NCBI GenBank assembly: GCA_910577205.1
Contig: CAJTMA010000007.1
Location: forward strand, 5,373-69,372
DNA: 64,000 nucleotides
Direction of reading: 5' to 3'
Source of the DNA: an uncultured Alphaproteobacteria bacterium
GTDB taxonomy: Bacteria; Pseudomonadota; Alphaproteobacteria; RF32; CAG-239
Positions 55,147 to 64,000 of the stretch are shown one piece after another. The notes beneath the pieces are model-generated. The model worked only from the letters and a program-made list of their open reading frames with translations. It was not told the origin of the DNA and ran no database searches. Numbering within the stretch: the stretch's first letter is position 1; each line of letters starts with the position of its first letter. A program made the translations under genes and the position numbers.

Positions 55147-57294
55147 TTACCTTTCGCGGCGGATAGCGTTAATATTGCGGATATAGGCAATATCACTTTC
55201 CAGACGTTCCAGGCTGACCGGCAATTTACGCCGCCAGTTGGGATGCTTGTCCCTATCTGTTCCCGGCAGGTTTTGCAGCTTTTCAACGTGCAGGATATCT
55301 TCCAATTGCGCCAGAAAAACTTTGGACGCCGTGCGGGCGGCAAAGCGGTGAACCGCCTCTTCTATTCCCTCAGGATAAGCCTGCCCGTAGATATAATTAT
55401 CTTTGCGCAAGTTGTCTTCCGGCCAACAACCGTTATTATCCAAGGCAGATAAAAGTTTCCAGCGGTCAAGTTCCCGTTTATGGTAAGCGCCGTTTTTGTC
55501 GTCCTCACTCATTAAACCGAGCGAAGCCATGACCTCAATATCATAGCCGAACCACCACATCCGCAGCGGAGCCATGTCATGTGTTCCGACTGACGTAAAT
55601 GCCGCAACAGGATATTCTGACGGAGAATTAAAATCGCCCCAGCCCGCGTCTTTGCGTTCCGCCCAGAGCACGCTCAAAGCAAAGATGTTTTTCTCGGCTA
55701 ACGTTTCCAGAAAACCTTCCGGCACATTACCGATACTTTCGCCGACAATCTGGCACTGATTGCGATAACTTTCGATAGCCACGATGTTAAGCATATCCTT
55801 AAAGTTATACATCATGTAAGTTCCCTCTTCGCCATTATCGGGAATCACATAAAGCCGCATTAAGCCCATTACATGGTCGATACGCAACGCGCCGGCAGAA
55901 CGCATATTGGCACGGAGAATTTTAATAAACGGTTCATAGCAGCGTTCTTTTAACACGTAAGGATTAAACGCGCCAAGACACCATTTTTGCCCTGCCGGGA
56001 AGAATGCGTCAGGCGGCGCACCGGCTCCGACATCTTTGATAAATAAATCATAGTCAGACCAGAGTTCGGCACTGTCTTTGCCGACGCCTACTGCCAAGTC
56101 ACGATAAAGACCGACTTTTAATCCATATTCTTTAACCTTATTGCTGGCTAAATTAAATTGCCTGTCGGCTTCAAACTGCAAATATTTGAAAAAGCGGATA
56201 CGGTCGGCATATTCTTCGGCAAATTTGCGTACGGCCGGAGAATACGGATTTTGAAATTCATCTTCCCATGCGCGCCAACCGCCCCAAATATAGGTGCTTT
56301 TAATGTCATATAAGGTCTGGAACAGCGCCAGTTTGTGCAAGTCTTCGCCCTCGGCCTCGACATAAGCGCGGAAAGCCTGCTGGCGTTCGCTGTGCAAATC
56401 AGCCATAAAACGTCCGTAAAGTTTTTCCAGAACGGCAATTTTCAGTGGATAAACTTCACCGTACTGAATCAACTCACTATTACGCAATTCAGTGATTTTA
56501 TCGTTGATGTCATTTTTATCTTCCGGTTTAAATTCCGGCACAGCTTCAATATCAATGTAAATCGGATTCAGGTACAAGCGGCTGATAGAGCAATAAGGGC
56601 TGGCTTCTTCCGGGTAAGTATGCACCAAAACGTTTAGCGGGTTCAGGCCGATGATATCTGCGCCGCTGTGTGAACAGACTTTGATGAAATCTGCCAAATC
56701 CGTAAAGTCGCCGACACCCCAGTTGCGTTCGCTGCGCAGAGAATAAAGCTGCAACGCATAACCCCAGATTTTGCCATCTTTCAGGGCTTGGTTTTCATAA
56801 CAGCACCGGGGCGCTACCGCCAAAGTACTCTTGTAACTTTTATCGCCGACTTTAAATGTCAGGTTATAATAGCCGACAGGCAAATCGCCAGTCACCGCCA
56901 CCAAAAGCTTTACATAAACCGTTTTGCCGATGGTATAAGTTTCATCCGTCGGATGAACATCAAAAGTCACATCAGAGCGAATGCCCGTATCTTTATTTTC
57001 AATTTGCAAAGCAAAAAAACTTTGTGCCTGATCGGCAGGAATGACTGCGTCAAAATGCAGTTTTCCCTGTTCGACAACATAAATATTTTCCAAAGTTTGC
57101 TGCCAGCGGCGCTTGTCAAAATCAGCCAAGGATTTTTCGACTTCTCCACGATTGCCTGCCTTATATCCCAAACGTTCGGCAATAAAGCGGATAACGCCCT
57201 CACTGATTTCATAGTCTTTCTTAGACATTCCGGCATCGCTGAATTTAGTGACGATACCAAGTTTGTCCGCCAGTTTTTGCAGCATTTCTTCCAT
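55147..57294 (-). CDS. malQ: 4-alpha-glucanotransferase (GH77)
   Basis: QLYSLRSERNWGVGDFTDL, LYRDLAVG, GAPPD, LRIDHVMGL, THDMA, NLPGT...PNWRRK; probable start at 57294. Confidence 0.95.
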   Translation of the reverse strand: MEEMLQKLADKLGIVTKFSDAGMSKKDYEISEGVIRFIAERLGYKAGNRGEVEKSLADFDKRRWQQTLENIYVVEQGKLHFDAVIPADQAQSFFALQIENKDTGIRSDVTFDVHPTDETYTIGKTVYVKLLVAVTGDLPVGYYNLTFKVGDKSYKSTLAVAPRCCYENQALKDGKIWGYALQLYSLRSERNWGVGDFTDLADFIKVCSHSGADIIGLNPLNVLVHTYPEEASPYCSISRLYLNPIYIDIEAVPEFKPEDKNDINDKITELRNSELIQYGEVYPLKIAVLEKLYGRFMADLHSERQQAFRAYVEAEGEDLHKLALFQTLYDIKSTYIWGGWRAWEDEFQNPYSPAVRKFAEEYADRIRFFKYLQFEADRQFNLASNKVKEYGLKVGLYRDLAVGVGKDSAELWSDYDLFIKDVGAGAPPDAFFPAGQKWCLGAFNPYVLKERCYEPFIKILRANMRSAGALRIDHVMGLMRLYVIPDNGEEGTYMMYNFKDMLNIVAIESYRNQCQIVGESIGNVPEGFLETLAEKNIFALSVLWAERKDAGWGDFNSPSEYPVAAFTSVGTHDMAPLRMWWFGYDIEVMASLGLMSEDDKNGAYHKRELDRWKLLSALDNNGCWPEDNLRKDNYIYGQAYPEGIEEAVHRFAARTASKVFLAQLEDILHVEKLQNLPGTDRDKHPNWRRKLPVSLERLESDIAYIRNINAIRRER

Positions 57295-57305
57295 ATTTAT
57301 GCTCC

Positions 57306-59387
57306 TTATTTTTTGATTTCGTAGACCAGAACGCTCCAAGCCGGAACTTGAATAGTCTGTTCCGCTCCCGCTTTGGCTTCATCCTTAAATTTTGACGAAC
57401 TGTCGAGCAGCAAATTCCATGTATATTTTCCATCCATGGCCGGCAGCTTCCACGCCACGTCATTGTAATTGGCATTGAAGATTGCCATCACAAAGCGGCT
57501 GCCGGTATAAACGCAATATGACAAAGCCTTGCGGTTGCCGTCATGCCAGTCCTCAGTCGTAAATTCTGTTCCGCGCTCATTATACCAAGTGATGTCCTTG
57601 CAACTGTTTTTAACTGTTTTACCGCAGAAGAAATGACGGCGGTTAAAGATGCGCAGTTTCTTACGCAGGGCAATAACGCGGCGAATAAATTTAACCAGTT
57701 CTTTGTCTTCTTTAGAAATGCCTTCCCAAGCAATCCAAGTCAGCACATTATCCTGACAATACGGGTTATTATTACCAAACTGAGTATGGGCAAATTCGTC
57801 ACCGGCCACCATCATCGGCGTCCCGAAAGACAACAGCAAAGTGCTGGCCAGCGCTTTTAATCGCTGACGGCGGTTTTCCAGTATTATGGCGTTATCAGTT
57901 TCACCCTCTGCGCCGGAATTCCAGCTCCAGTTGCTGTCTGTACCATCCCGGTTATTTTCACCGTTGCTCAAATTATGTTTGCCGTTATAGCTGACCAAAT
58001 CCTGCAGGCTAAACCCGTCATGGGCCGTCACAAAATTAACACTGGTCCAGATATCGCGGTTTTGATAATTGAACACATCGCTAGACCCCGCCAATCTACT
58101 TGCAAGCTCCGGCGTTTGATACTGATCGCCTTTCCAAAAGCGGCGGACGGTATCACGATATTTGTCATTCCATTGCGCCCAGCCCGGCGGGAAAGCGCCG
58201 ACCTGATAACCGCCGTAACCAACATCCCACGGTTCTGCAATTAACTTGACTTGGCGGGTTTTGGGATCTTGTCCCGTGGCATACAAAAAGCCGCTGTCGA
58301 GTTTAAATTCCATATTCTGACGGCAAAGAGAAGTTGCCAAGTCAAAACGGAAACCGTCAACGTGCATTTGTTCAATCCAATAACGCAGGGAATCCATCAC
58401 CAAAGTCAGCACATTGGGGTTTTGAACATTAAATGACGCGCCGCAACCGGTGCTGTCATAGTAATAGCGTTTGTTATCAGGATTAAGCGTATAATAAGAC
58501 GCGTTGTCTATGCCGCGGTAACACAAGGTCGGGCCCATCTGGTTGCCTTCGCCGGTATGGTTATAGACAACGTCAAGAATAACCTCTATGCCCTTGGAGT
58601 GCAGAGTTTTAACCATCTGCTTAAACTCGTCAATTTCATCAGAGGCCATATAGGTTTGTTCGGGCGCAAAGAAAGTAAAGCTTTCATAGCCCCAGTAATT
58701 GTCCTTGATATACCCTTTTTTGTGACGGTTGCCAAAGAATGCGTGCACTGGAAGCAGTTCAACAGTCGTAACGCCCAGCCACTTCAGATAACTGGTGACA
58801 CTTTTATCGGCAAAGCCGGCAAAAGTTCCCCGTTTGTCGTCTGGAATCTGCGGGTGTAATTTGGTAAAACCGCGCAGCTGGGTTTCGTAAACAATGGTTT
58901 CTTCCATGCTGTAACGAGGGCGGATTTCATCATCATCCCCCCAGTCAAAAGTATTGCCGACAACAACGGATTTGGGTACATAAGGCGCGCTGTCAAGCTC
59001 GGAAAAAGACAAATCCTTATCGGGGCTGTCCCAGTCATAGCCGAAAATGGCCTTATGCCAAATCAGCTTGCCGACCAACTTGCGCCCATAGGGGTCTATC
59101 AGTAATTTATTGTGGTTAAAACGATGCCCTTCCTGCGGCTTGTATGGCCCGTAAACGCGATAGCCATAGACTTGTCCCGGCTCAACATCGGAGAGATATA
59201 TGTGCCAAATGCTGTTATCATTTTCGGTAATGGCATAACGCTCCAGTTCTTGCGAACCGGAAGCGTCAAACAGACAAAGTTCCACCTTTTCGGCATGGGC
59301 AGAGAACAAGGCAAAGTTTACGCCCTTCCCGTCATAAGTCGCACCTAACGGATAAGCTTTTCCGGAATTGGATTTGTAACGAGGCAT
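57306..59387 (-). CDS. glgX: Glycogen debranching enzyme
   Basis: PLGATYDGKGVNFALFS, NYWGY, DVVYNHT, DGFRFDLA, AEPWD, TAHDGF, GNNNPYCQDN. Confidence 0.96.
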   Translation of the reverse strand: MPRYKSNSGKAYPLGATYDGKGVNFALFSAHAEKVELCLFDASGSQELERYAITENDNSIWHIYLSDVEPGQVYGYRVYGPYKPQEGHRFNHNKLLIDPYGRKLVGKLIWHKAIFGYDWDSPDKDLSFSELDSAPYVPKSVVVGNTFDWGDDDEIRPRYSMEETIVYETQLRGFTKLHPQIPDDKRGTFAGFADKSVTSYLKWLGVTTVELLPVHAFFGNRHKKGYIKDNYWGYESFTFFAPEQTYMASDEIDEFKQMVKTLHSKGIEVILDVVYNHTGEGNQMGPTLCYRGIDNASYYTLNPDNKRYYYDSTGCGASFNVQNPNVLTLVMDSLRYWIEQMHVDGFRFDLATSLCRQNMEFKLDSGFLYATGQDPKTRQVKLIAEPWDVGYGGYQVGAFPPGWAQWNDKYRDTVRRFWKGDQYQTPELASRLAGSSDVFNYQNRDIWTSVNFVTAHDGFSLQDLVSYNGKHNLSNGENNRDGTDSNWSWNSGAEGETDNAIILENRRQRLKALASTLLLSFGTPMMVAGDEFAHTQFGNNNPYCQDNVLTWIAWEGISKEDKELVKFIRRVIALRKKLRIFNRRHFFCGKTVKNSCKDITWYNERGTEFTTEDWHDGNRKALSYCVYTGSRFVMAIFNANYNDVAWKLPAMDGKYTWNLLLDSSSKFKDEAKAGAEQTIQVPAWSVLVYEIKK

Positions 59388-59417
59388 TGTTCTCTCCTTT
59401 TAATCTGCCGAAAGGGA

Positions 59418-61619
59418 TTAATCTCTAATCGGTTTCAAAACGATAGTCGACAACGGCGGCAAAGTCACTTTTACCGAATAAGGCTTGTTATTCCACTCGC
59501 CTGCTTCTGCCGGGAGCAGACCTTCATTTTTCACGCCGCTGCCCCAATAGTTGACATCGTCACTGTTGAAGATTTCCTGGAAGCGGCAACCTTCATTGAC
59601 ACCAATCCGGTAATCATGGCGTACAACAGGCGTAAAGTTAGAAATAACTACCATATAGTCACCCGGATTATGCCCTTTGCGCATATAAGAAATAACGCTG
59701 TCGTCTGCGTTTGAATGGTCAATCCATTCAAAGCCGCGGTAGTCAAAATCTTCCTCATAGAAAGCAGGATTGCCTTTATACATCAGGTTCAAATCACGAA
59801 CGCAGTTCTGCATTCCTTTGTACATCGGGTGTTCCAACAAATGCCAACGCAGACTTTCTTCAGAATTCCATTCCCAATCCTGACCAAACTCGCAGCCCAT
59901 GAACAACAGCTTTTTACCCGGATGGGTATACATAAAGCCGTAATAAGCGCGGAGGTTGGCAAATTTTTGCCATTCATCGCCCGGCATTTTGCCCAACATT
60001 GACCCTTTGCCATGAACAACTTCATCATGAGAAATCGGCAAAATAAAGTTTTCATTGAAAGCATAGAGCAAACCAAAAGTGAGCATACCGTGGTGGTATT
60101 TGCGATGAATCGGTTCGTGGCTGATATACTTCAAAGTATCATTCATCCAGCCCATGTTCCATTTGTAGCCAAAGCCCAAACCGCCCATAGATGTCGGACG
60201 AGAAACCATCGGCCATGCGGTAGACTCTTCGGCGCAAGTAACGCCACCTTTGCATTGGCCGTAAACCAGTTCATTCATCTTGCGCAAAAAGGCAATAGCT
60301 TCGATATTTTCGTTGCCGCCGTAAACGTTGGGAATCCATTCGCCGTTTTTACGGGAATAATCCAAATACAGCATGGAAGCAACCGCATCTACACGCAAGC
60401 CGTCAATGTGATATTCTTTCAACCAATACAAGGCACTGGCACAGAGGAAGTTGCAAACTTCCGTACGACCGTAGTTATAAATTTTTGTGCCCCAGTCGAT
60501 ATGTTCACCTTTGCGCGGATCAGCGTGTTCATAAAGGTGTGTGCCGTCAAACTCAACCAACCCGTGACCATCTTTGGGGAAGTGCGCCGGAACCCAGTCC
60601 ATAATAACCGCAATACCTGCCTGGTGGAATTTATCAATCATATAACGGAAATCATCCGGCGTGCCGAAACGGCTGGTCGGAGCAAACATTCCGATAACCT
60701 GATATCCCCAAGAGCAATCAAGCGGATGTTCGGCCAGCGGCAAAAATTCAACATGGGTAAAGCCCATATTAACCACATAAGGCACTAAGTTGTCTGCCAG
60801 TTCGCGATAGGTTAAAAATTCAGAACCGTTTTCGCCTTTGCGTTTCCAAGAACCGAGATGGACTTCGTAAATAGACATCGGCTTATCAAAGGCATTATAT
60901 TCCTCACGATAACCCATCCAATTTTGATCCTGCCAATTGTAATGATTCAAGTCATAAACAACGGATGCCGTTTTCGGGCGGACTTCGCTCCAGAAAGCAA
61001 GCGGGTCGGATTTAACCAGGATATAATCTTCCTGCGTTTTGACTTCAAATTTATAAACTTCGCCTTCGTTCAACCCCGGAATAAAAATATCCCATACGCC
61101 GCAGGTCGGATGCTTGCGCATAACATTAACGCGGCCATCCCAATTATTGAAATTTCCGACCACGGAAACACGTTTGGCATTCGGTGCCCAAACGGCAAAA
61201 CTAACACCGCGAACGCCGTCCATTTCTGTGACGTGCGCGCCGAGTTTTTTATACATATCAAGATGATTGCCTTCAGCCAGAAGATAGATGTCAATATCGC
61301 CGAGAATAGAGGAGAAACGATAAGCATCTTCAAGTTCGTAGACCTGCCCCTTATCATTTTCAATACGGAATTTATATGCAAAATTTTCAATTTGCCCGAG
61401 GTTAATCTGATAGAAACCGCGATTATCAAGTTTGCTCATTTTTCCCAAAGACGAACCGTCTTTTTTGAGGAGTTCGACAGACTTGGTATTCGGCTGGTAA
61501 GTGCGGATAAATACCTCTTTGCTGCCTTTGTCACGGTGGATACCCAAGACAGCAAAAACATTGCCGTGATCACCGTTTATTACTGCGTTCATTTCTTCTT
61601 TAGATAATAAGTTTTCCAT
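59418..61619 (-). CDS. glgB: 1,4-alpha-glucan branching enzyme
   Basis: [50 protein letters not shown]. Confidence 0.97.
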   Translation of the reverse strand: MENLLSKEEMNAVINGDHGNVFAVLGIHRDKGSKEVFIRTYQPNTKSVELLKKDGSSLGKMSKLDNRGFYQINLGQIENFAYKFRIENDKGQVYELEDAYRFSSILGDIDIYLLAEGNHLDMYKKLGAHVTEMDGVRGVSFAVWAPNAKRVSVVGNFNNWDGRVNVMRKHPTCGVWDIFIPGLNEGEVYKFEVKTQEDYILVKSDPLAFWSEVRPKTASVVYDLNHYNWQDQNWMGYREEYNAFDKPMSIYEVHLGSWKRKGENGSEFLTYRELADNLVPYVVNMGFTHVEFLPLAEHPLDCSWGYQVIGMFAPTSRFGTPDDFRYMIDKFHQAGIAVIMDWVPAHFPKDGHGLVEFDGTHLYEHADPRKGEHIDWGTKIYNYGRTEVCNFLCASALYWLKEYHIDGLRVDAVASMLYLDYSRKNGEWIPNVYGGNENIEAIAFLRKMNELVYGQCKGGVTCAEESTAWPMVSRPTSMGGLGFGYKWNMGWMNDTLKYISHEPIHRKYHHGMLTFGLLYAFNENFILPISHDEVVHGKGSMLGKMPGDEWQKFANLRAYYGFMYTHPGKKLLFMGCEFGQDWEWNSEESLRWHLLEHPMYKGMQNCVRDLNLMYKGNPAFYEEDFDYRGFEWIDHSNADDSVISYMRKGHNPGDYMVVISNFTPVVRHDYRIGVNEGCRFQEIFNSDDVNYWGSGVKNEGLLPAEAGEWNNKPYSVKVTLPPLSTIVLKPIRD

Positions 61620-61862
61620 TCGGTAGCCCCCTATTAGACTATATTAACATAATTAGATTTTTGATAATATTCAAACGACTTAGTTTATAAGACTCTATCA
61701 TTCGTTATCTATAATTCATATAGTTTTAAATGCAAGCAAATTGCTTAAGCGTTTTGATAATATTTATAATTCAAATAAAAAACAACCTTTTATTATTGAC
61801 GTATTAATTTTTGATTGTATATTAAACAGTGTTTACCAAACATTTTTTATTTGGAGTTAGTT

Positions 61863-62096
61863 ATGGTTAATAATAGTAATGAAAATGCAATCAGAGAAGC
61901 TGCTTACTTCATCTGGCAAAATGCAGGCTGCCCTTCCGGCAGAGATCAGGAATTCTGGGCTATGGCCGTTGAACAATTCAACTGCTGCAACAGCAAATCT
62001 TCTTCTAAAAAGTCTTGCTCCAGCAGCAAAAAATCAACGACTGCTACCTGCAAATCTACAACTGCAAAAAAGACTTCTTCTAAAAAATCTAAATAA
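61863..62096 (+). CDS. DUF2934-domain protein with Lys/Ser-rich tail
   Basis: IREAAYFIWQNAGCPSGRDQEFWAMA matches the DUF2934 pattern; GGAG RBS. Confidence 0.8.
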   Translation: MVNNSNENAIREAAYFIWQNAGCPSGRDQEFWAMAVEQFNCCNSKSSSKKSCSSSKKSTTATCKSTTAKKTSSKKSK

Positions 62097-62181
62097 TTTT
62101 CAGATTAAAGAAAAGAAGAAAAAAAATTAAAAACCTCTTTGTTTCAAAAGAGGTTTTTTTATGAAAAAAATCTGACTTAAA

Positions 62182-63690
62182 TTATTCTTTCACAGCCGAA
62201 ACCATATAGCCCCAGACTTGGCTGTCACCTTCATTTCGCAAACGTTCGCGCTCAAAAAATTCTTCTCGCAGCCCGCATTGTTTGAGAACTTTTTTTACAT
62301 AATTTTTGTGATGCAGATAACGCCCTGACGGATGCAAAAAATAGTCGTTTTTATTCTCGTTATTTTCACTGACAGTGAAAATAATTCTGCCGTTTTTTTT
62401 CAGGTTTGAAGCTATGCCGGCAAAGAGATTTTGCAGATCTCCGAAATAAGTAAAAACATCTGCCGAAACTATCAAATCAAACGGCTTTTTATTAGATGAA
62501 AAATAGCTCTCAAGTTCCGCGCGAATCAAACGGGAATAACATTTTTTCGCCTTCGCCTGCTCTAACATTTTTTCTGAAATATCTACACCATACAAACCAA
62601 ATATGCGACTGTAATTTTGCAAAAAAACACCACAGAATCCAGTGCCGCAGCCGGCATCCAGAATCCGCAGTCCGGGGTTCTTTTTCTCCGGATAAATCCG
62701 TACCAAACATTTGCGAATCAATTCAGGAGCCTGATAATCCAAACCAGTTAAAACCTGCTCAAAATCGGGGGCGAAAACATCAAAAATATTTGTCAGATAT
62801 TCATTATTGGCGCGCAGGGGAATCGAGTGGTTTAACACCGCATTTCCCATATGTTTTGCCACAGAATTTTCCGGGTATTTTTTCAACCATTTTTCTGCAT
62901 ATTCTTTTAATAGGGAATCCTTTTTGCCAAGTGAAGATTCATACAGCAGATAACCGAAATTTATATGCTGAGAATCCTCGCCGCCGCTCAGCTCTAAAGC
63001 CTGCCAGCCTTCGGCAAAAGCCTGCTCCCAGTTTTCCATTTTCTGCCAAACCTGACTAAGATAATTATGCAGCCAAAAATCTGAAGAATCCAATTTAACG
63101 GCCTGCTGAAATGCCCGCAGGGAATCCGAAAAATTTTCCTGTTCCAGCTGCGCGTTTCCGAGAATAGTCCAAGCGGTTACGCTGGAAGAATCCAGTTCTG
63201 TGGCAAACGATGCAAACTTCGCCGCCTCTGTATAATTTTTTAAATCTATATATGTATTGGCCAAATTAACTGCCGCAATATAATAACCGGAATTAATCTC
63301 ATAAGCACGGCGATAAAAAGACAGCGCCGAATCATAATTGCTTTGCTGATAAAAGATGTTTCCCATATTTATCAAAGCAGGTAAATTTTTATCATCTAAT
63401 TTTAACGCCTGCTTACAAAATTTTTGCGCTTTGGCATAACTTCCGGTTTCGTACAATACCGTTGCCAAATTAGTCAGAGCCAATAAGGAATGGGGATTTT
63501 GACGGCGGGCTTTATCATACCATTCTGCTGCGGCATTTTTATCCCCCTGCCCGTCATAACAATTTCCCAACATTATCATTAGATTGTCATCATGAGGGTT
63601 ATTTTTCAGAAGCTTATCATACATTTCACGCGCCGCAGCATACTCATGTTGCGCATATAAATTGCGGGCTTGGCTCTCGATTTCAGACAC
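62182..63690 (-). CDS. TPR-repeat protein fused to a class I SAM methyltransferase
   Basis: Tandem TPRs, then FDVFAPDFE..L..LDY..P, ILDAGCGTG, GVDISEKML, SADVFTYFGDL. Confidence 0.9.
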   Translation of the reverse strand: MSEIESQARNLYAQHEYAAAREMYDKLLKNNPHDDNLMIMLGNCYDGQGDKNAAAEWYDKARRQNPHSLLALTNLATVLYETGSYAKAQKFCKQALKLDDKNLPALINMGNIFYQQSNYDSALSFYRRAYEINSGYYIAAVNLANTYIDLKNYTEAAKFASFATELDSSSVTAWTILGNAQLEQENFSDSLRAFQQAVKLDSSDFWLHNYLSQVWQKMENWEQAFAEGWQALELSGGEDSQHINFGYLLYESSLGKKDSLLKEYAEKWLKKYPENSVAKHMGNAVLNHSIPLRANNEYLTNIFDVFAPDFEQVLTGLDYQAPELIRKCLVRIYPEKKNPGLRILDAGCGTGFCGVFLQNYSRIFGLYGVDISEKMLEQAKAKKCYSRLIRAELESYFSSNKKPFDLIVSADVFTYFGDLQNLFAGIASNLKKNGRIIFTVSENNENKNDYFLHPSGRYLHHKNYVKKVLKQCGLREEFFERERLRNEGDSQVWGYMVSAVKE

Positions 63691-63795
63691 GAATATAACT
63701 TCCTTTTTAAATTATTTTAAATTTATAGCTTTTTTAAGTAAAAAAACTATTGACGTGGGCAAAATATTATTATATTTATTCCTCATGATTTTGAT

Positions 63796-63881
63796 GGGGG
63801 TATGGCGGAACTGGTAGACGCGCTAGACTCAAAATCTTGTTCCCTCTGGGAGTGTCAGTTCAAGTCTGACTACCCCTACCA
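63796..63881 (+). tRNA. tRNA-Leu(CAA)
   Basis: GGGGGTATGGCGGAACTGGTAGACGCGCTAGACTCAAAATCT...GTTCAAGTCTGACTACCCCTACCA, long variable arm, 86 nt. Confidence 0.95.
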
Positions 63882-63884
63882 ATT

Positions 63885-63914
63885 AAAAGCTCTGGAAATT
63901 TCCGGAGCTTTTTT
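63885..63914 (+). terminator. tRNA-Leu terminator
   Basis: AAAAGCTCTGGAAA-TTTCCGGAGCTTTTT. Confidence 0.75.
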
Positions 63915-64000
63915 GTTTTCATATCTGCTCATTGTTCTAATTTTTCGGACACTGTGTCAGAAATTTTGTTGTTTATTTTTTTCATAAAATCTGTTTTTCT

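Noticed and set aside
1..64000. CRISPR array or cas genes (considered because NucC can serve type III CRISPR)
   Set aside because: No regularly spaced direct repeats or cas-like ORFs were seen.

Overview
This 64-kb window is bacterial chromosome with an alphaproteobacterial gene order (atpA-atpH-priA, xerC, rpmG, rnr, xth/dgt/SPOR/nagZ/tatA, flgIJ-K-L with a sigma54 promoter). It resembles uncultured gut Rhodospirillales-like lineages, which is an inference. The backbone also carries a GDP-perosamine/GDP-fucose polysaccharide cluster, msbA-like and ABC-F genes, prs, mnmA, the glgB-glgX-malQ glycogen genes, tRNA-Lys(TTT) and tRNA-Leu(CAA). Four accessory elements stand out. (1) An AT-rich ~6.35-kb defence island lies 3' of tRNA-Lys. 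It is bounded by an 8-bp copy of the tRNA 3' end and has apparently displaced the tRNA terminator. It holds a minimal CBASS (CD-NTase + NucC + a 1-TM protein, no HORMA/TRIP13), an HTH-Panacea/RelE-like toxin-antitoxin pair, a KAP NTPase and a single-ORF IS3-like DDE transposase where an integrase would normally sit. (2) A tightly coupled operon encodes a SNF2-like protein with a degenerate Walker A, an IbrA/YbdN-like PAPS-reductase-fold protein, an IbrB/YbdM-like ParB protein and a LysR regulator; it is a candidate uncharacterised DNA-modification or defence system. (3) Two inverted paralogous genes encode secreted Cys-rich proteins that share ~1 kb of near-identical promoter plus stalk sequence but have diverged C-terminal tips. 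(4) A ~170-nt structured leader ending in an intrinsic terminator lies directly in front of the polysaccharide operon. No CRISPR array, rRNA or reverse transcriptase was seen. All assignments come from motif recognition by eye; no database searches were run.
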